A stretch of DNA of 64,000 bases from Dehalococcoidia bacterium (GTDB lineage: Bacteria; Chloroflexota; Dehalococcoidia; Plut-88900): contig CBDBLV010000005.1 in assembly GCA_965207225.1 (NCBI GenBank), forward strand, positions 1,344,001 to 1,408,000, in the 5' to 3' direction. A model generated the notes under the pieces. It was not told the DNA's origin, searched no databases, and saw only the letters and a list, made by a program, of their open reading frames with translations. Shown in pieces: positions 51,476-61,483 of the stretch (position 1 is the first letter of the stretch; every line of letters begins with the position of its first letter). A program made the position numbers and the translations under genes.

Positions 51476-52998
51476 TGCCGAGCTCCTACTTGCTTAAGTA
51501 TAGCGTCAATCAGGCCGGGTATGGTGTGTTCCCGGGCCACGATTGTAACATCGAGGCCGAGCTCCCTTGCCGTGGAGGCAGTGACAGGGCCAATACAGGC
51601 TATGCAGGTGTTTTTCAGAGGCTTAACGTCACCTTCCAGGATTTCGACCAGGTTCTTGACCGTGGAAGAACTGGCGAAGGTGGCGATGTCGACTTCTCCG
51701 GACCTGAGGCGTTGGATTGCCCGTTCAGGAATTTGCCTAGGGCCTGCGGCTGCGTAGGTGCAGAACTCATCGACGGCGGCACCCAACTGGGCCAGGCCAT
51801 CGGGGAGGGTGGGGCGGGAGCCTTCGGCCCTTGCCAGCATCACGCGAGCGCCCAGTAAGTTCATGGCTTTGAGGGAGTCCAGAAGGCCTTCGGCTGTGTA
51901 GGTGGAAGCCGTTACGGCAACTTCGTAGCCATGACCTGAAATCGCTTTTGCGGTCTCGGGGCCGATGGCGGCTATTTTCAGGCCGTTGAGGGTTTCGGGT
52001 CGGGCGCCGAGGGCCTGGAGGCGGTCGAAGAAGAAGTTTGCGCCGTTGACGCTGGTGAGGATAAGCCAGTCGTATTTGGGGATACTGGCCACCGCGGTTT
52101 CGAGGGCCTTCTTATGTTTGTGGGACTGGGTAATCTCGATGGCGGGGAGCTCAATGACCTCCGCGCCGAGGGCGGAGAGCCGGAAGGACAGGGCGCTGGC
52201 CTGCTTTCGGGCGCGGGTGACGAGGATGCGTTTGCCTGAGAGGGGCCGGGTCTCATGCCACCCTATTTTTTCTCTGAGTGCAGCCACTTGGCCGATTACG
52301 GCCACTGCCGGGGGTCGGAGGCCGGCTTCCGAGGCCCTTTGCACGATGTCAGCGAGGGTACCGCTGATGGTCTTCTGGTCGGGGGTGGTGGCGTCCTGGA
52401 TAAGGGCGACGGGTGTGCCACGGGGCTTGCCGGCCTTGATGAGGCGGTCAGCGATGGAAGCGAGGTTTCCCAGGCCCATGAGGACGACGATGGTGTCGGG
52501 GCCCTGGGCGAGGGCGTCCCAGTCGACGGAAGCCCGGGACTTTTCGGGGTCTTCGTGGCCGGTGACTATGACTATGGAAGAAGAGAGGTCTCGGTGGGTA
52601 ACGGGGATTCCGGCGTAGGCGGGGGCGGCTATAGCCGAGGTGATACCGGGGACGACTTCGAAGGGAATGCCGGAATCGGCGAGGAATTCGGCTTCCTCTC
52701 CACCTCGGCCGAAGAGGAAGGGGTCGCCGCCTTTGAGCCTGACCACAAGGTTGCCTTTTCGGGCCTCGGCGACCAGGATTTCGTTAATCTCGTCCTGGGT
52801 TTTGGTGTGGTGTTTCGGGGTCTTGCCGACGTAGACCAGTTTACAGGACTCGGCGGCGTGGTCAAGGAGGTCGGGGTTGACGAGGCGGTCGTAGACTATG
52901 ACGTCGGCGCGCTTGATGTACTCGAAGGCCTTGACGGTGATGAGCCCGGGGTCGCCGGGCCCCGCGCCGACGAGGGCGACGAAGCCTTTACCCATCAT
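51472..52998 (-). CDS. cobA: Uroporphyrinogen-III C-methyltransferase / synthase fusion (CobA-HemD)
   Basis: VGAGPGDPGL, RLKGGDP, GRGGEE; HemD half TSVNG, IGPET, FASSSTV. Confidence 0.95.
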   Translation of the reverse strand: MMGKGFVALVGAGPGDPGLITVKAFEYIKRADVIVYDRLVNPDLLDHAAESCKLVYVGKTPKHHTKTQDEINEILVAEARKGNLVVRLKGGDPFLFGRGGEEAEFLADSGIPFEVVPGITSAIAAPAYAGIPVTHRDLSSSIVIVTGHEDPEKSRASVDWDALAQGPDTIVVLMGLGNLASIADRLIKAGKPRGTPVALIQDATTPDQKTISGTLADIVQRASEAGLRPPAVAVIGQVAALREKIGWHETRPLSGKRILVTRARKQASALSFRLSALGAEVIELPAIEITQSHKHKKALETAVASIPKYDWLILTSVNGANFFFDRLQALGARPETLNGLKIAAIGPETAKAISGHGYEVAVTASTYTAEGLLDSLKAMNLLGARVMLARAEGSRPTLPDGLAQLGAAVDEFCTYAAAGPRQIPERAIQRLRSGEVDIATFASSSTVKNLVEILEGDVKPLKNTCIACIGPVTASTARELGLDVTIVAREHTIPGLIDAILKQVGARQ

Positions 52999-53918
52999 CC
53001 AACCACCCCAGAAAGCAACTCTGCTGCACCTTGAGCTTTCAATTGCTCGGCGAGTTGGATGCCGAGGGATTCCGCATGTTCGGGGCTGCCCTGGATGGAC
53101 CCGGTGATGATTTCCAGGGTGTCGGGGTGGCCTACCAAGCCGGACAGGTTGAGGGAATTGCCGGTGACGGTCGCATAGGCCGTGACGGGGGCGAGGCAGC
53201 CGCTGCCAAGCTCCCGGAGGAAGGACCTTTCGGCGTCGACGGCTTGTCGGGTGGGGGTGTGTTGTATTGCTGAGAAGAGTTGGTTGATTTCGGTGTTGGC
53301 GGCGAGGGTTTCTATGGCGAGGGCGCCCTGGCCCATGGCGGGGAGGCAGGTCTCGGGGGGGAGGTATTCGGAGATGCGGCGCTGCCAGCCCATGCGGATG
53401 AGGCCAGCGGCGGCGAGGACTATGGCGTCGTAGTCGCCGTTGTCGAGCTTGCGGATGCGGGTGTCGATGTTGCCGCGGATGTGGGTGATTTGCAGGTCAG
53501 GGCGGGCGGCCTTGATCTGGACGGCGCGCCTGGGGCTTCCGGTGCCGACTCGGGCGCCGGGGGGGAGGTCTTTCAGTACTGTGCCGTTGGATGATAGGAG
53601 AACGTCTCGGGGGTCGAGGCGCTCAAGGACGGCTGCGAGGGTGAAGTCATTGTCAACGTCAGTGGGCATGTCCTTCAGGCTGTGTGTTGCGGCGTCAATC
53701 TCTCCCGAACGGAGCTTGTCCTCAAGGGTGGAAACAAATACGCCGCGAGCGTTGAGCCTGGCGATGGGAGAGACTTTGTCGTGGTCTCCGACGGCGTGGA
53801 TTAGGACGATTTCGACCTGCAGGTCGGGGTGGGTGCGGGAGAGGCAATCGGAAGTTTCGCGGGCCTGGGCGATGGCAAGGTCGCTGGCCCGCGTCCCGAG
53901 CTTGATCACGCCTTTCAC
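52995..53918 (-). CDS. hemC: Hydroxymethylbilane synthase
   Basis: GTRASDLA, HSLKDMP, GTGSPRR, IRGNIDTR, GQGAL, GC. Confidence 0.96.
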   Translation of the reverse strand: MKGVIKLGTRASDLAIAQARETSDCLSRTHPDLQVEIVLIHAVGDHDKVSPIARLNARGVFVSTLEDKLRSGEIDAATHSLKDMPTDVDNDFTLAAVLERLDPRDVLLSSNGTVLKDLPPGARVGTGSPRRAVQIKAARPDLQITHIRGNIDTRIRKLDNGDYDAIVLAAAGLIRMGWQRRISEYLPPETCLPAMGQGALAIETLAANTEINQLFSAIQHTPTRQAVDAERSFLRELGSGCLAPVTAYATVTGNSLNLSGLVGHPDTLEIITGSIQGSPEHAESLGIQLAEQLKAQGAAELLSGVVG

Positions 53919-53931
53919 AGTAAGGCCCCGT

Positions 53932-54576
53932 TTACTTGCCTGCTTTTCCGTTGCCGGTGAGGGATGCGAAGAGGTAGCGGCGGGCGTCGGCGAGGCGACG
54001 CTGTTTGACGAGGGATATGAAGCCGTCGTCGATGGACTTCTGCCATCGGGATGGGCTGACGTTGTGGCCTTCGCCGCGGACCTGGAGACGGACCTTTGAC
54101 ATCACCCTGGCGAGGCCACTGTATTCGGGAGGGAACTGCTGCTCGACCTGGCGTCGGAGCCACCGGGCGAGGGCCGGGCTGGCTCCCCCCGTGGATATGG
54201 CGAAGGTGATGTCTCCTCGACGAACGATGGAAGGGGCGATGAAATCGCAGTAAGGGGTGTCGTCGACGACGTTGACGATCAAGCCGAGGCTGCGGCCTTC
54301 GATGCCAACCTTTCGGTTGAGGGGCATATCGTCGGTGGCGGCTATGAGGAGGTAGAAGCCTTCGAGGTCGGAGGACTGGAATTCCCTGGGTATGTGGGTA
54401 ACGAGGCCCTTGTCGATGCGTCGTTGGAGCCGGGGAGTGACGGTGGGGCTTACGACGGTGACGCGGGCGTCGGCATCCAGTAGGCCCTTGACCTTGCGTT
54501 CGGCGATCTGGCCGCCGCCGACGACGAGGCAGGGTCGGTCCTGGATGCTGAGGAAAGCAGGGTAGTAACTAGGCAT
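53932..54576 (-). CDS. Precorrin-2 dehydrogenase / sirohydrochlorin ferrochelatase (SirC/CysG-N family)
   Basis: YYPAFL, VVGGG.IA.RK, NVVD...CDF..P, ISTGGASP. Confidence 0.92.
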   Translation of the reverse strand: MPSYYPAFLSIQDRPCLVVGGGQIAERKVKGLLDADARVTVVSPTVTPRLQRRIDKGLVTHIPREFQSSDLEGFYLLIAATDDMPLNRKVGIEGRSLGLIVNVVDDTPYCDFIAPSIVRRGDITFAISTGGASPALARWLRRQVEQQFPPEYSGLARVMSKVRLQVRGEGHNVSPSRWQKSIDDGFISLVKQRRLADARRYLFASLTGNGKAGK

Positions 54577-54671
54577 GGAATGAGCGAATTCGGCTAATCA
54601 AAGCGATAGGTTAGCTGTTCCAGGGAAATTTTACACGAATTGTGCAGGTGGGGCAGGGAGGGGAGGTCGGT

Positions 54672-55358
54672 TCAGGAGAGGACGCGGTCGACGATGCCAG
54701 AGAACCAGCCCCAGGTCTGGCTTCCAAGGAAGGCTCCGACTATTGCCTGTATGGTCTTGCCGGTCCAGACGATGAGTAGAAACCTCTTAAGGGGGAACTT
54801 GATGGCCCCGGCGGCGAGGCCTGCGGCGTCAAAGGCGGGATTGGGGACTATGGAGAGGAGGAACAGGGTGATGCTGCCTCGTCTTTCCATCCAGCTTTTG
54901 GCCCGGGCGAAGAGCCTGCTACGCTTCTCGAGGAGCTCGCCGCCCTCATAGCCTATGGCGTAGCCGGTTATCTCTCCGAGGGTGGCGGCGACGCCGGCGA
55001 CGATGCCGACAAGGAAGGGGTTGAGCCAGGCCCCGGCGCCGATGACGACCAGGCTGCTGGCGCTGGGCAGGAAAATGGTGGCAGCGCCCAAAAAGGTGAA
55101 GATGAATACACCGACATAACCGAGGGAGATGAGGTTCTTTTCGTCGAAGAGGTAGTCGTGGAGGAAGAAGGCGCCGATGCTAAAGCCGATGGCGGCGATT
55201 GCTGCCCCAGCAATGAGATGCTGGCGCCTGATTCCAGCCCGCTCCAGAAGCAAACGCATGCCCGAGAGCATGCCGTGGCGCGGAGAGGTCTGCTGACTTG
55301 CTTCTGAGTCGAGTTCCTGGGGCTCGGGGAGGTCATTGACGGAATAGCTGTGAGACAC
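54672..55358 (-). CDS. DedA/VTT (SNARE-associated) membrane protein
   Basis: LGEITGY..GY.G, PNPAFDAAG..AG. Confidence 0.8.
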   Translation of the reverse strand: MSHSYSVNDLPEPQELDSEASQQTSPRHGMLSGMRLLLERAGIRRQHLIAGAAIAAIGFSIGAFFLHDYLFDEKNLISLGYVGVFIFTFLGAATIFLPSASSLVVIGAGAWLNPFLVGIVAGVAATLGEITGYAIGYEGGELLEKRSRLFARAKSWMERRGSITLFLLSIVPNPAFDAAGLAAGAIKFPLKRFLLIVWTGKTIQAIVGAFLGSQTWGWFSGIVDRVLS

Positions 55359-55521
55359 AGCACACCTTCCAGGCGGGGGAATGAAACCATGGGGCAGGGA
55401 ACGATGAAATTATACCGAAAAGGCGGGGGCGGAAACAGGAATCAAAGAGATCCATCACGGCTCCAAGCCAATCCTTTAGAATAGCCGGTATTTTGATGCG
55501 ACTGCAGGCATTGCGGGAAAG

Positions 55522-56775
55522 ATGAGGGATTCCGGCATAGAGTCGGGGGCCGGGGGATATCCCAAGTTCAGATTTGTCGTGCTGGCCTTCCTGGGCTTGT
55601 CCAACATCCTGAACTCCCTGATCATGCTCTCGCTGGGCATAATGCTGCCCAACATTTCGGATGACCTGGGGCTATCGTCATCGCAGCAGGGGTTCCTGGG
55701 GTCGTCCATGTTCATTGGGACGATGCTGATGTCGATGCCTGCTGGGCTATGGCTGTCCAAACCCAATGCCAGCAGGGTTCTGCTGGGGGCGCTGGCCTTC
55801 GGGACGACGTTCGTGATTGTCCAGGCATGGGCCCCGAACTACACGGTGCTGCTGCTGGCGCGCCTTGCGTTTGGCGTGGCCATAGTGGCACGGCAGCCGG
55901 CGCGGGCCGTGCTGACCGCACAGTGGTTCCCCAAGCGGGAGATCGTGCTGGTCAACGGCTTGGTCAATACCACCTATGGGGCCTCGGCGGTGATTGCGCT
56001 GCTGCTGACTCCCTTCTTGCAGGTGTGGCTGAATGACAGCTGGCGGTGGACGCTCACGATTTACGGGCTCATTTTCATGGTCGTGACCCTGATATGGGCG
56101 GTCATTGGGAAGGAGCGGAGGACAGAGGAGCCCATCAATGTTCCCGGGCTTAGGGATGAAGAAAAGGTTGGAGAAGCATCGCCCTGGGGGGTGCTGAAAG
56201 ACCGGGACGTCTGGATGGTGAGCATGGGGATGATCGGGATGCTGGTCATGGAGTTCCCGCTGCTCACCCTCTGGCCAACGCTGATGCTTCGGGAGCGGGG
56301 AATCGAAGAGACGGTGTCGGGAGGCATGTTGCTGGCGGCGGCGATATCCGAGGGCATTGGGAACATAATTTTGTCGACAATGTTCATGAGCCGGGGGTCG
56401 AGGGGAATGCGAAGGCTGGCGGTGGCGGGCCTGGTAGTGCTGCTGGTCGGGACGGCGGTGGGGATGAACATGTCCACGTCGATACCGCTCCTGTGGACAT
56501 ACGCGGTATTTCACGGGGTGGGGTTCTCATTCATCGGACTAATATGGACGGTGCCGTTCGAGATACCGAACATTACGCACAGGCAGATTGCGGTGGCGTC
56601 CGGGTTCATAGAGGGTGTGGGGAGGCTGGGAGGGGTGCTGGGGCCCGCGTTTGTCGGGATTGCGTGGGACGCAACCGGAGACCGGGTGTGGCCGATGGTG
56701 ATAAGCTCTTTCTTCGGGCTTACAATGGCCGCCGCCGGGCTGATGCTGTTCAGGGACAGGTCGGGGCCCGACTAG
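55522..56775 (+). CDS. MFS transporter
   Basis: About 12 hydrophobic segments, MFS-like motifs. Confidence 0.85.
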   Translation: MRDSGIESGAGGYPKFRFVVLAFLGLSNILNSLIMLSLGIMLPNISDDLGLSSSQQGFLGSSMFIGTMLMSMPAGLWLSKPNASRVLLGALAFGTTFVIVQAWAPNYTVLLLARLAFGVAIVARQPARAVLTAQWFPKREIVLVNGLVNTTYGASAVIALLLTPFLQVWLNDSWRWTLTIYGLIFMVVTLIWAVIGKERRTEEPINVPGLRDEEKVGEASPWGVLKDRDVWMVSMGMIGMLVMEFPLLTLWPTLMLRERGIEETVSGGMLLAAAISEGIGNIILSTMFMSRGSRGMRRLAVAGLVVLLVGTAVGMNMSTSIPLLWTYAVFHGVGFSFIGLIWTVPFEIPNITHRQIAVASGFIEGVGRLGGVLGPAFVGIAWDATGDRVWPMVISSFFGLTMAAAGLMLFRDRSGPD

Positions 56776-56784
56776 AACCAGGAA

Positions 56785-58029
56785 TTGATTAGCTCTCCCC
56801 CAGATGCACTAAGGCCGTCACGCTACCGGTGGGTAGTGATGATGACGTTTAACGTGGCACACGCCTCGGCGATTGTGGGGGCACTGGTCCTGGGCGTGCT
56901 GCTGCCCACGATGTCAGAGGACCTGGGGTTGTCGCCGCTGCAACAGGGGTGGCTGGGGTCGTCGGCGATAATCGGGAGCCTGATACTCTCGATTCCCTTC
57001 GGCCTGTGGATGTCGCGCTACAGGCCGATGATTCTGACGGCGATAACTCTCTTCCTGGGCGCCGGATTCGTATTCATGCAGGCGGCGGCGTCCAACTTTG
57101 CGATACTGCTGCTAGGACGGCTGCTCTTCGGGATCACGCCCGTGGCCCGGGAGGCATCCCGGGTGCTGCTGGTGCGGCAGTGGCTGCCGGCAAGGGAGAT
57201 ACAGCTTTCGAGCGGGATTCTCAACGCGGTTTTCGGGATATCCCTCACGATCAGCTTTGTTGTCGCACCCCTAATGCTGGAGGCCTTCGACAACAACTGG
57301 CGAACAACGCTGTACGCATGGGGATACTTCAGTGTCGGGATGGCCGTGGCATGGGTGTTGCTGGGTCGGGAGAACCGGACGGTGGAATACGAACAGGACT
57401 CGGGATCCCAGGAGGGTTCTCCTATGAAGAGCCTGTTCAAGTATAAGGAGCCGTGGCTGCTGGGGGTGGCGATTCTGGGATATGCGATTGCCCAGATGTC
57501 CCAGTTCACGTTCTGGCCGACGTTCATGAAGGAAGAATACGGGATGTCCGAGGTCAGGGCCGGGATGGTAATTGGGGTGGTGGGGGTAGTTGTGGCCGCC
57601 GGGGGGCTGGTGATGCTGCCGGTGATAAAGAGGTTCGGGGGTTACCGGATCCCGCTCATAGGAATTGGGATACTGATAGCAGCGACCAACCTGGCCGTGC
57701 TGTTCACGGGGTCGATGCCCATCCTGGTGGGGGCTTTCATAATCAATGGGCTGGCCAGAGGGGGGTTCTGGATCCCCTTCACGTCGCTGCCGTTTGAGCT
57801 GCCGGGGATCCTGCCCCGGGAGGCGGCGGTGGTGCAGGGGATGATGTTCTCGATGCTTTGGCTGGGGAGTGTCGTGGGGCCGCTACTGGTGGCCATAATT
57901 CAAACTGCCACCGGAAGTCTGCAACTGGCAATGATCATCTCCGCGTTGTGCCCAATCGCCGTCACTGTAACCGGGCTGTTTATCTCGTCGCGGACCGGAG
58001 GGGGCGAGTCGGACGGCACGCACAGATGA
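56785..58029 (+). CDS. MFS transporter (paralog of the upstream gene)
   Basis: About 12 hydrophobic segments; shared LGLS..QQG.LGSS and QW.P.REI. Confidence 0.85.
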   Translation: MISSPPDALRPSRYRWVVMMTFNVAHASAIVGALVLGVLLPTMSEDLGLSPLQQGWLGSSAIIGSLILSIPFGLWMSRYRPMILTAITLFLGAGFVFMQAAASNFAILLLGRLLFGITPVAREASRVLLVRQWLPAREIQLSSGILNAVFGISLTISFVVAPLMLEAFDNNWRTTLYAWGYFSVGMAVAWVLLGRENRTVEYEQDSGSQEGSPMKSLFKYKEPWLLGVAILGYAIAQMSQFTFWPTFMKEEYGMSEVRAGMVIGVVGVVVAAGGLVMLPVIKRFGGYRIPLIGIGILIAATNLAVLFTGSMPILVGAFIINGLARGGFWIPFTSLPFELPGILPREAAVVQGMMFSMLWLGSVVGPLLVAIIQTATGSLQLAMIISALCPIAVTVTGLFISSRTGGGESDGTHR

Positions 58030-58060
58030 TGATAGGCGGCACACAACCCCATCAGTGGCG

Positions 58061-58714
58061 CTAGAGCCCGGCGAAGGGGCAGCGATGGCTGATGCAGGCA
58101 GAGGCGACATCCAGGTCCACAATGGGCGGAAACCCGACCTGCCTTAGCATCTCCGACGCCGCACAAAGAGGCAGCCCGACCACGTTGAAGTAACAGCCGT
58201 TGACGGGGGCGGCAGGGTGGAAGTCGGTATCCTGAATCCCATAGGCGCCCGCCTTGTCCAAGGGCGAACCGGTGGCTATGTAGGCCTCAATTTCCTCGTC
58301 GGTGTAGGGGCGCATGAGGACGGAGGTGTTGACATGGGCGACTATGGGTTCGGAGGGGCGGGGAGGGATGAGGGCGATGCCCGTGACCACTCGGTGGGGC
58401 CTTCCACGCAAGGCAATAAGCATGTCCCTGGCCTCCTGGTCATCGGCGGGTTTGCCGAACATGCGGCTCCCGAGGCAGACAATGGTGTCGGCGGCGAGGA
58501 CGTGGGCGTCGGGGCGGAGCTGGGAGACGACGTCGGCCTTGGCGAGGGCGATCCGGTGGGCAACATCCTCGGGTCTGGCCGATGGATTTATGAGGGATGT
58601 TTCGTCGATGTCGGCGGGGCAGACCTCGTAGGGGATGCCGAGGGCGTCCATGATTTGAGTGCGTCTCGGGGAGCGGGAGGCGAGGATGAGGGTAGGAGCT
58701 TCTTCGGCGTAGAT
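58061..58714 (-). CDS. maf: Maf-family nucleotide pyrophosphatase; probable non-canonical ATC start at 58714
   Basis: LILASRSPRR lies upstream of the first ATG (58651); AADTIV, GKP, DKAGAYGIQ, NVVGLP. Confidence 0.9.
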   Translation of the reverse strand: MYAEEAPTLILASRSPRRTQIMDALGIPYEVCPADIDETSLINPSARPEDVAHRIALAKADVVSQLRPDAHVLAADTIVCLGSRMFGKPADDQEARDMLIALRGRPHRVVTGIALIPPRPSEPIVAHVNTSVLMRPYTDEEIEAYIATGSPLDKAGAYGIQDTDFHPAAPVNGCYFNVVGLPLCAASEMLRQVGFPPIVDLDVASACISHRCPFAGL

Positions 58715-58717
58715 GGG

Positions 58718-59884
58718 TTAGCTCCTTTCGAGGATGGATATGGACTCGACATGGTGTGTCTGGGGAAACATGTCGATGGGTACGGCCTCTCTGAGTCTGT
58801 ATCCCCCGGAGATGAGGATGCGCAGGTCCTGGGCGAGGGTGTTCGGGGCACAGGAGACGTAGGCGATTGTTCGAGGGGCGAGTTTGGCCAAGAAGTCAAG
58901 AACTGTTGGGTGGCAGCCGGTGCGAGGGGGGTCGAGGATTACGGCGTCGGGGCGGGCGTCGAGGGCCGGGAGAATTTCCTCGGACTTCCCCTTGACTACG
59001 GTGACGTTGGGGAAGGGTCGGCAGTTAATGACAGCGTCCTCAATAGCGGAAGGAGATTCCTCCAGCGTGATTATCTCCCGGTAGTAGGGGGCGAGCAGGA
59101 CAGCGAAAGTGCCCACGCCTCCGTAGGCGTCGGCGAGGAGCTCGTCGCCGGTGGGATTGAGGCGGTCACGAAGCTCGGAGGCCATGCGCTCGGCCTGGGG
59201 TGTGTTGACCTGGAAGAAGGAGGGGCTGGAGACTCGGAAGGGGTAGCCGAAAAGGGACTCGGTGAAATGAGCCTGCCCCGACTCGAATTTAAGGCCGGAA
59301 ATGTTGAGATGGGGTTGCACTAGGAGGTCTGCTGTGGCGACACCGCATCGGACGGAGACTTGGCGCAGGCCCTTGCCCTTGTCTTGAAGGTCGGATAGGA
59401 CAGAGTTTATGCGGTCGTGCATGAGGAGGCAGCGGTCGATTTGGAGGTGGCGTCGGGTGCCGGCGCGGGTGAAGCCGAGCTTTCCCTCGCGGTTGACGGA
59501 GAAGCGGGCGTGGTTTCTGTAGGCAGTAGTGGAAGGGGAAGGGATTGTCTTGTCTACGCAGGGTTCGGAAATGCCTCCGGTCTCCTGCAGATGACGCTTC
59601 AGGATGTCACGCTTGATTTCAAGCTGGCGGGGGTAGGCGACGTGCTGCCACTGGCAACCTCCGCATTCTCCGAAATAAGGGCACGGGGGCCGGACGCGGT
59701 GGGGGGAGGGGTCGATGACCTTAGTTATTGCGAGTGTTTTGGAAGCCTTCCTACCCTCAACTACCTCGACCTCAACGGTCTCGCCGGGGATGGCGAAGGG
59801 CACGGGTAGGGACTCGCCATTCAGGTAGGCGAAGGGTTCGCCGTTGGGGGAGAGGGTGTGGGGGGTGAGGGTCACTGCTGGCAT
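58718..59884 (-). CDS. rlmD: 23S rRNA m5U methyltransferase, RlmD/TrmA family; start at MPAVTL
   Basis: CPYFGECGGCQWQH, YRNH, SFFQVN, DPPRTG, YVSC, DMFPQTHHVE. Confidence 0.9.
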   Translation of the reverse strand: MPAVTLTPHTLSPNGEPFAYLNGESLPVPFAIPGETVEVEVVEGRKASKTLAITKVIDPSPHRVRPPCPYFGECGGCQWQHVAYPRQLEIKRDILKRHLQETGGISEPCVDKTIPSPSTTAYRNHARFSVNREGKLGFTRAGTRRHLQIDRCLLMHDRINSVLSDLQDKGKGLRQVSVRCGVATADLLVQPHLNISGLKFESGQAHFTESLFGYPFRVSSPSFFQVNTPQAERMASELRDRLNPTGDELLADAYGGVGTFAVLLAPYYREIITLEESPSAIEDAVINCRPFPNVTVVKGKSEEILPALDARPDAVILDPPRTGCHPTVLDFLAKLAPRTIAYVSCAPNTLAQDLRILISGGYRLREAVPIDMFPQTHHVESISILERS

Positions 59885-60091
59885 GAGAGAAGCGTACATA
59901 GAGAGGGGTGATATCGCAAGGCGAGGCGTATTTGACATGGGGGAGGGGGGTTTGGGAATATGGACGGCGTTTCTGGGGGAGCGAGGCTTGGGGGAAGTGC
60001 TCGCACAGGTCCTAGATTCCTCACAGAGCCCCTGAATGGCTGTGGGAGAGGGAGATGCGAGGAAGGGGCAAATCCTAGCAAGGTGGAATAG

Positions 60092-61483
60092 ATGACGAAA
60101 CCGCGCACTGTCGGAGAGCTTAAGGAGTCGGGGTACGAGGTACTGCCGATCAAAGCGGAGGTCAGGCGCAACCTGATCCGGAAGCTGGAGTCGGGGGAGG
60201 GGCTTTTCGACGGGATCCTGGGGTACGAGGACACGGTACTGCCCCAGATGGTGAATGCGCTGCTGGCCGGACAAGACATCATCCTCCTCGGGGAGCGGGG
60301 GCAGGCCAAGAGCCGTATGATCAGAGGCCTGGTGAGCCTGCTTGACGAGGAAGTGCCGGTGGTTGAAGGGTGCGAGATCAACGACAATCCGTTTGCTCCT
60401 GTGTGTCGGGCGTGCAGGGACAGGGTGGAAGAGCTGGGGGACAAGGCGCCGGTGGCCTGGCTGAACCGGGAGGACCGGTACGCCGAGAAGCTAGCCACCC
60501 CCGACGTGACTATGGCTGACCTGATAGGGGACATCGACCCCATTAAGGTCACAGAGGGCCGATATTTGTCGGACGAACTAACGGTGCACTACGGCCTGGT
60601 CCCGAGGACCAACCGGGGCATCTTCTGCATTAACGAGCTCCCTGACCTGGTAGAAAGGCTGCAGGTCGGTTTGTTCAACCTGATGCAGGAGCGGGACATC
60701 CAGGTAAAGGGGTACCAGATCCGGCTTCCGCTGGACATCCTGGTGGTGGCAAGCGCGAACCCGGAGGACTACACGAACAGAGGCCGGATCATCACGCCCC
60801 TGAAGGACAGATACGGGGCCCAAATACGGACCCATTACCCGAAGACGCCGGAAGTGGAAATCGAAATAATGGAGTCGGAGGCGCGGCGGTTTGACGATGG
60901 CAGGAAGACGGTGACGCCGCACTTCATGAAGGAGATCGTGGCGCAGGTGTCGGCGCTGGCGAGGCAGAGCCCCGACGTGAACCAGAGGTCGGGGGTGAGC
61001 GTAAGGATAACGACGGCGAACTACGAGAGCATGTTGGGTAATGCGCTGCGTCGGGCTTTGCAGACGGGAGAAAAGACGGCAGCGCCCAGGATCTCAGACT
61101 TGACGTATCTGAAGGCGTCTACACTGGGGAAGCTGGAGCTGGAGACGGTGGAGGACGAACGTAGCGAGCAGGTGTTGGACGGGCTGGTGGACCGGGCCGT
61201 GGCCAATGTGTTCGCGCGTTACTTTGAAATTGCGGACTTTGCAGCGCTGCTGACCCAGTTCCAGGAGGGGGCAAGCGTGGTGCTCACTGATATGTCCCAT
61301 TCCCGGACGCACGGTCGGCTGGTGAAGAAGCTGGGAGGGTTCGACAAGGGGCTGAAAAAGCTGGGCTGCGACAAGCCGGCTACAGCGGCCTCGGGGGTGG
61401 AGTTCATACTGGAGGGGCTGCACCTGAACCGGAAGCTGAACAAGGTGTCGGCGCAGTCGGGGGAGATCAGCTACGGGGCGTGA
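60092..61483 (+). CDS. Mg-chelatase-like AAA+ ATPase (ChlI/MoxR-related)
   Basis: GERGQAKS, INELPDL, SANPEDYTNRGRIITPLKDR, SGVSVR. Confidence 0.85.
   Translation: MTKPRTVGELKESGYEVLPIKAEVRRNLIRKLESGEGLFDGILGYEDTVLPQMVNALLAGQDIILLGERGQAKSRMIRGLVSLLDEEVPVVEGCEINDNPFAPVCRACRDRVEELGDKAPVAWLNREDRYAEKLATPDVTMADLIGDIDPIKVTEGRYLSDELTVHYGLVPRTNRGIFCINELPDLVERLQVGLFNLMQERDIQVKGYQIRLPLDILVVASANPEDYTNRGRIITPLKDRYGAQIRTHYPKTPEVEIEIMESEARRFDDGRKTVTPHFMKEIVAQVSALARQSPDVNQRSGVSVRITTANYESMLGNALRRALQTGEKTAAPRISDLTYLKASTLGKLELETVEDERSEQVLDGLVDRAVANVFARYFEIADFAALLTQFQEGASVVLTDMSHSRTHGRLVKKLGGFDKGLKKLGCDKPATAASGVEFILEGLHLNRKLNKVSAQSGEISYGA

Noticed and set aside
59885-60274. N-terminal extension of rlmD
   Set aside because: Overlaps the divergent AAA ATPase gene and intergenic repeat sequence; no homology evident
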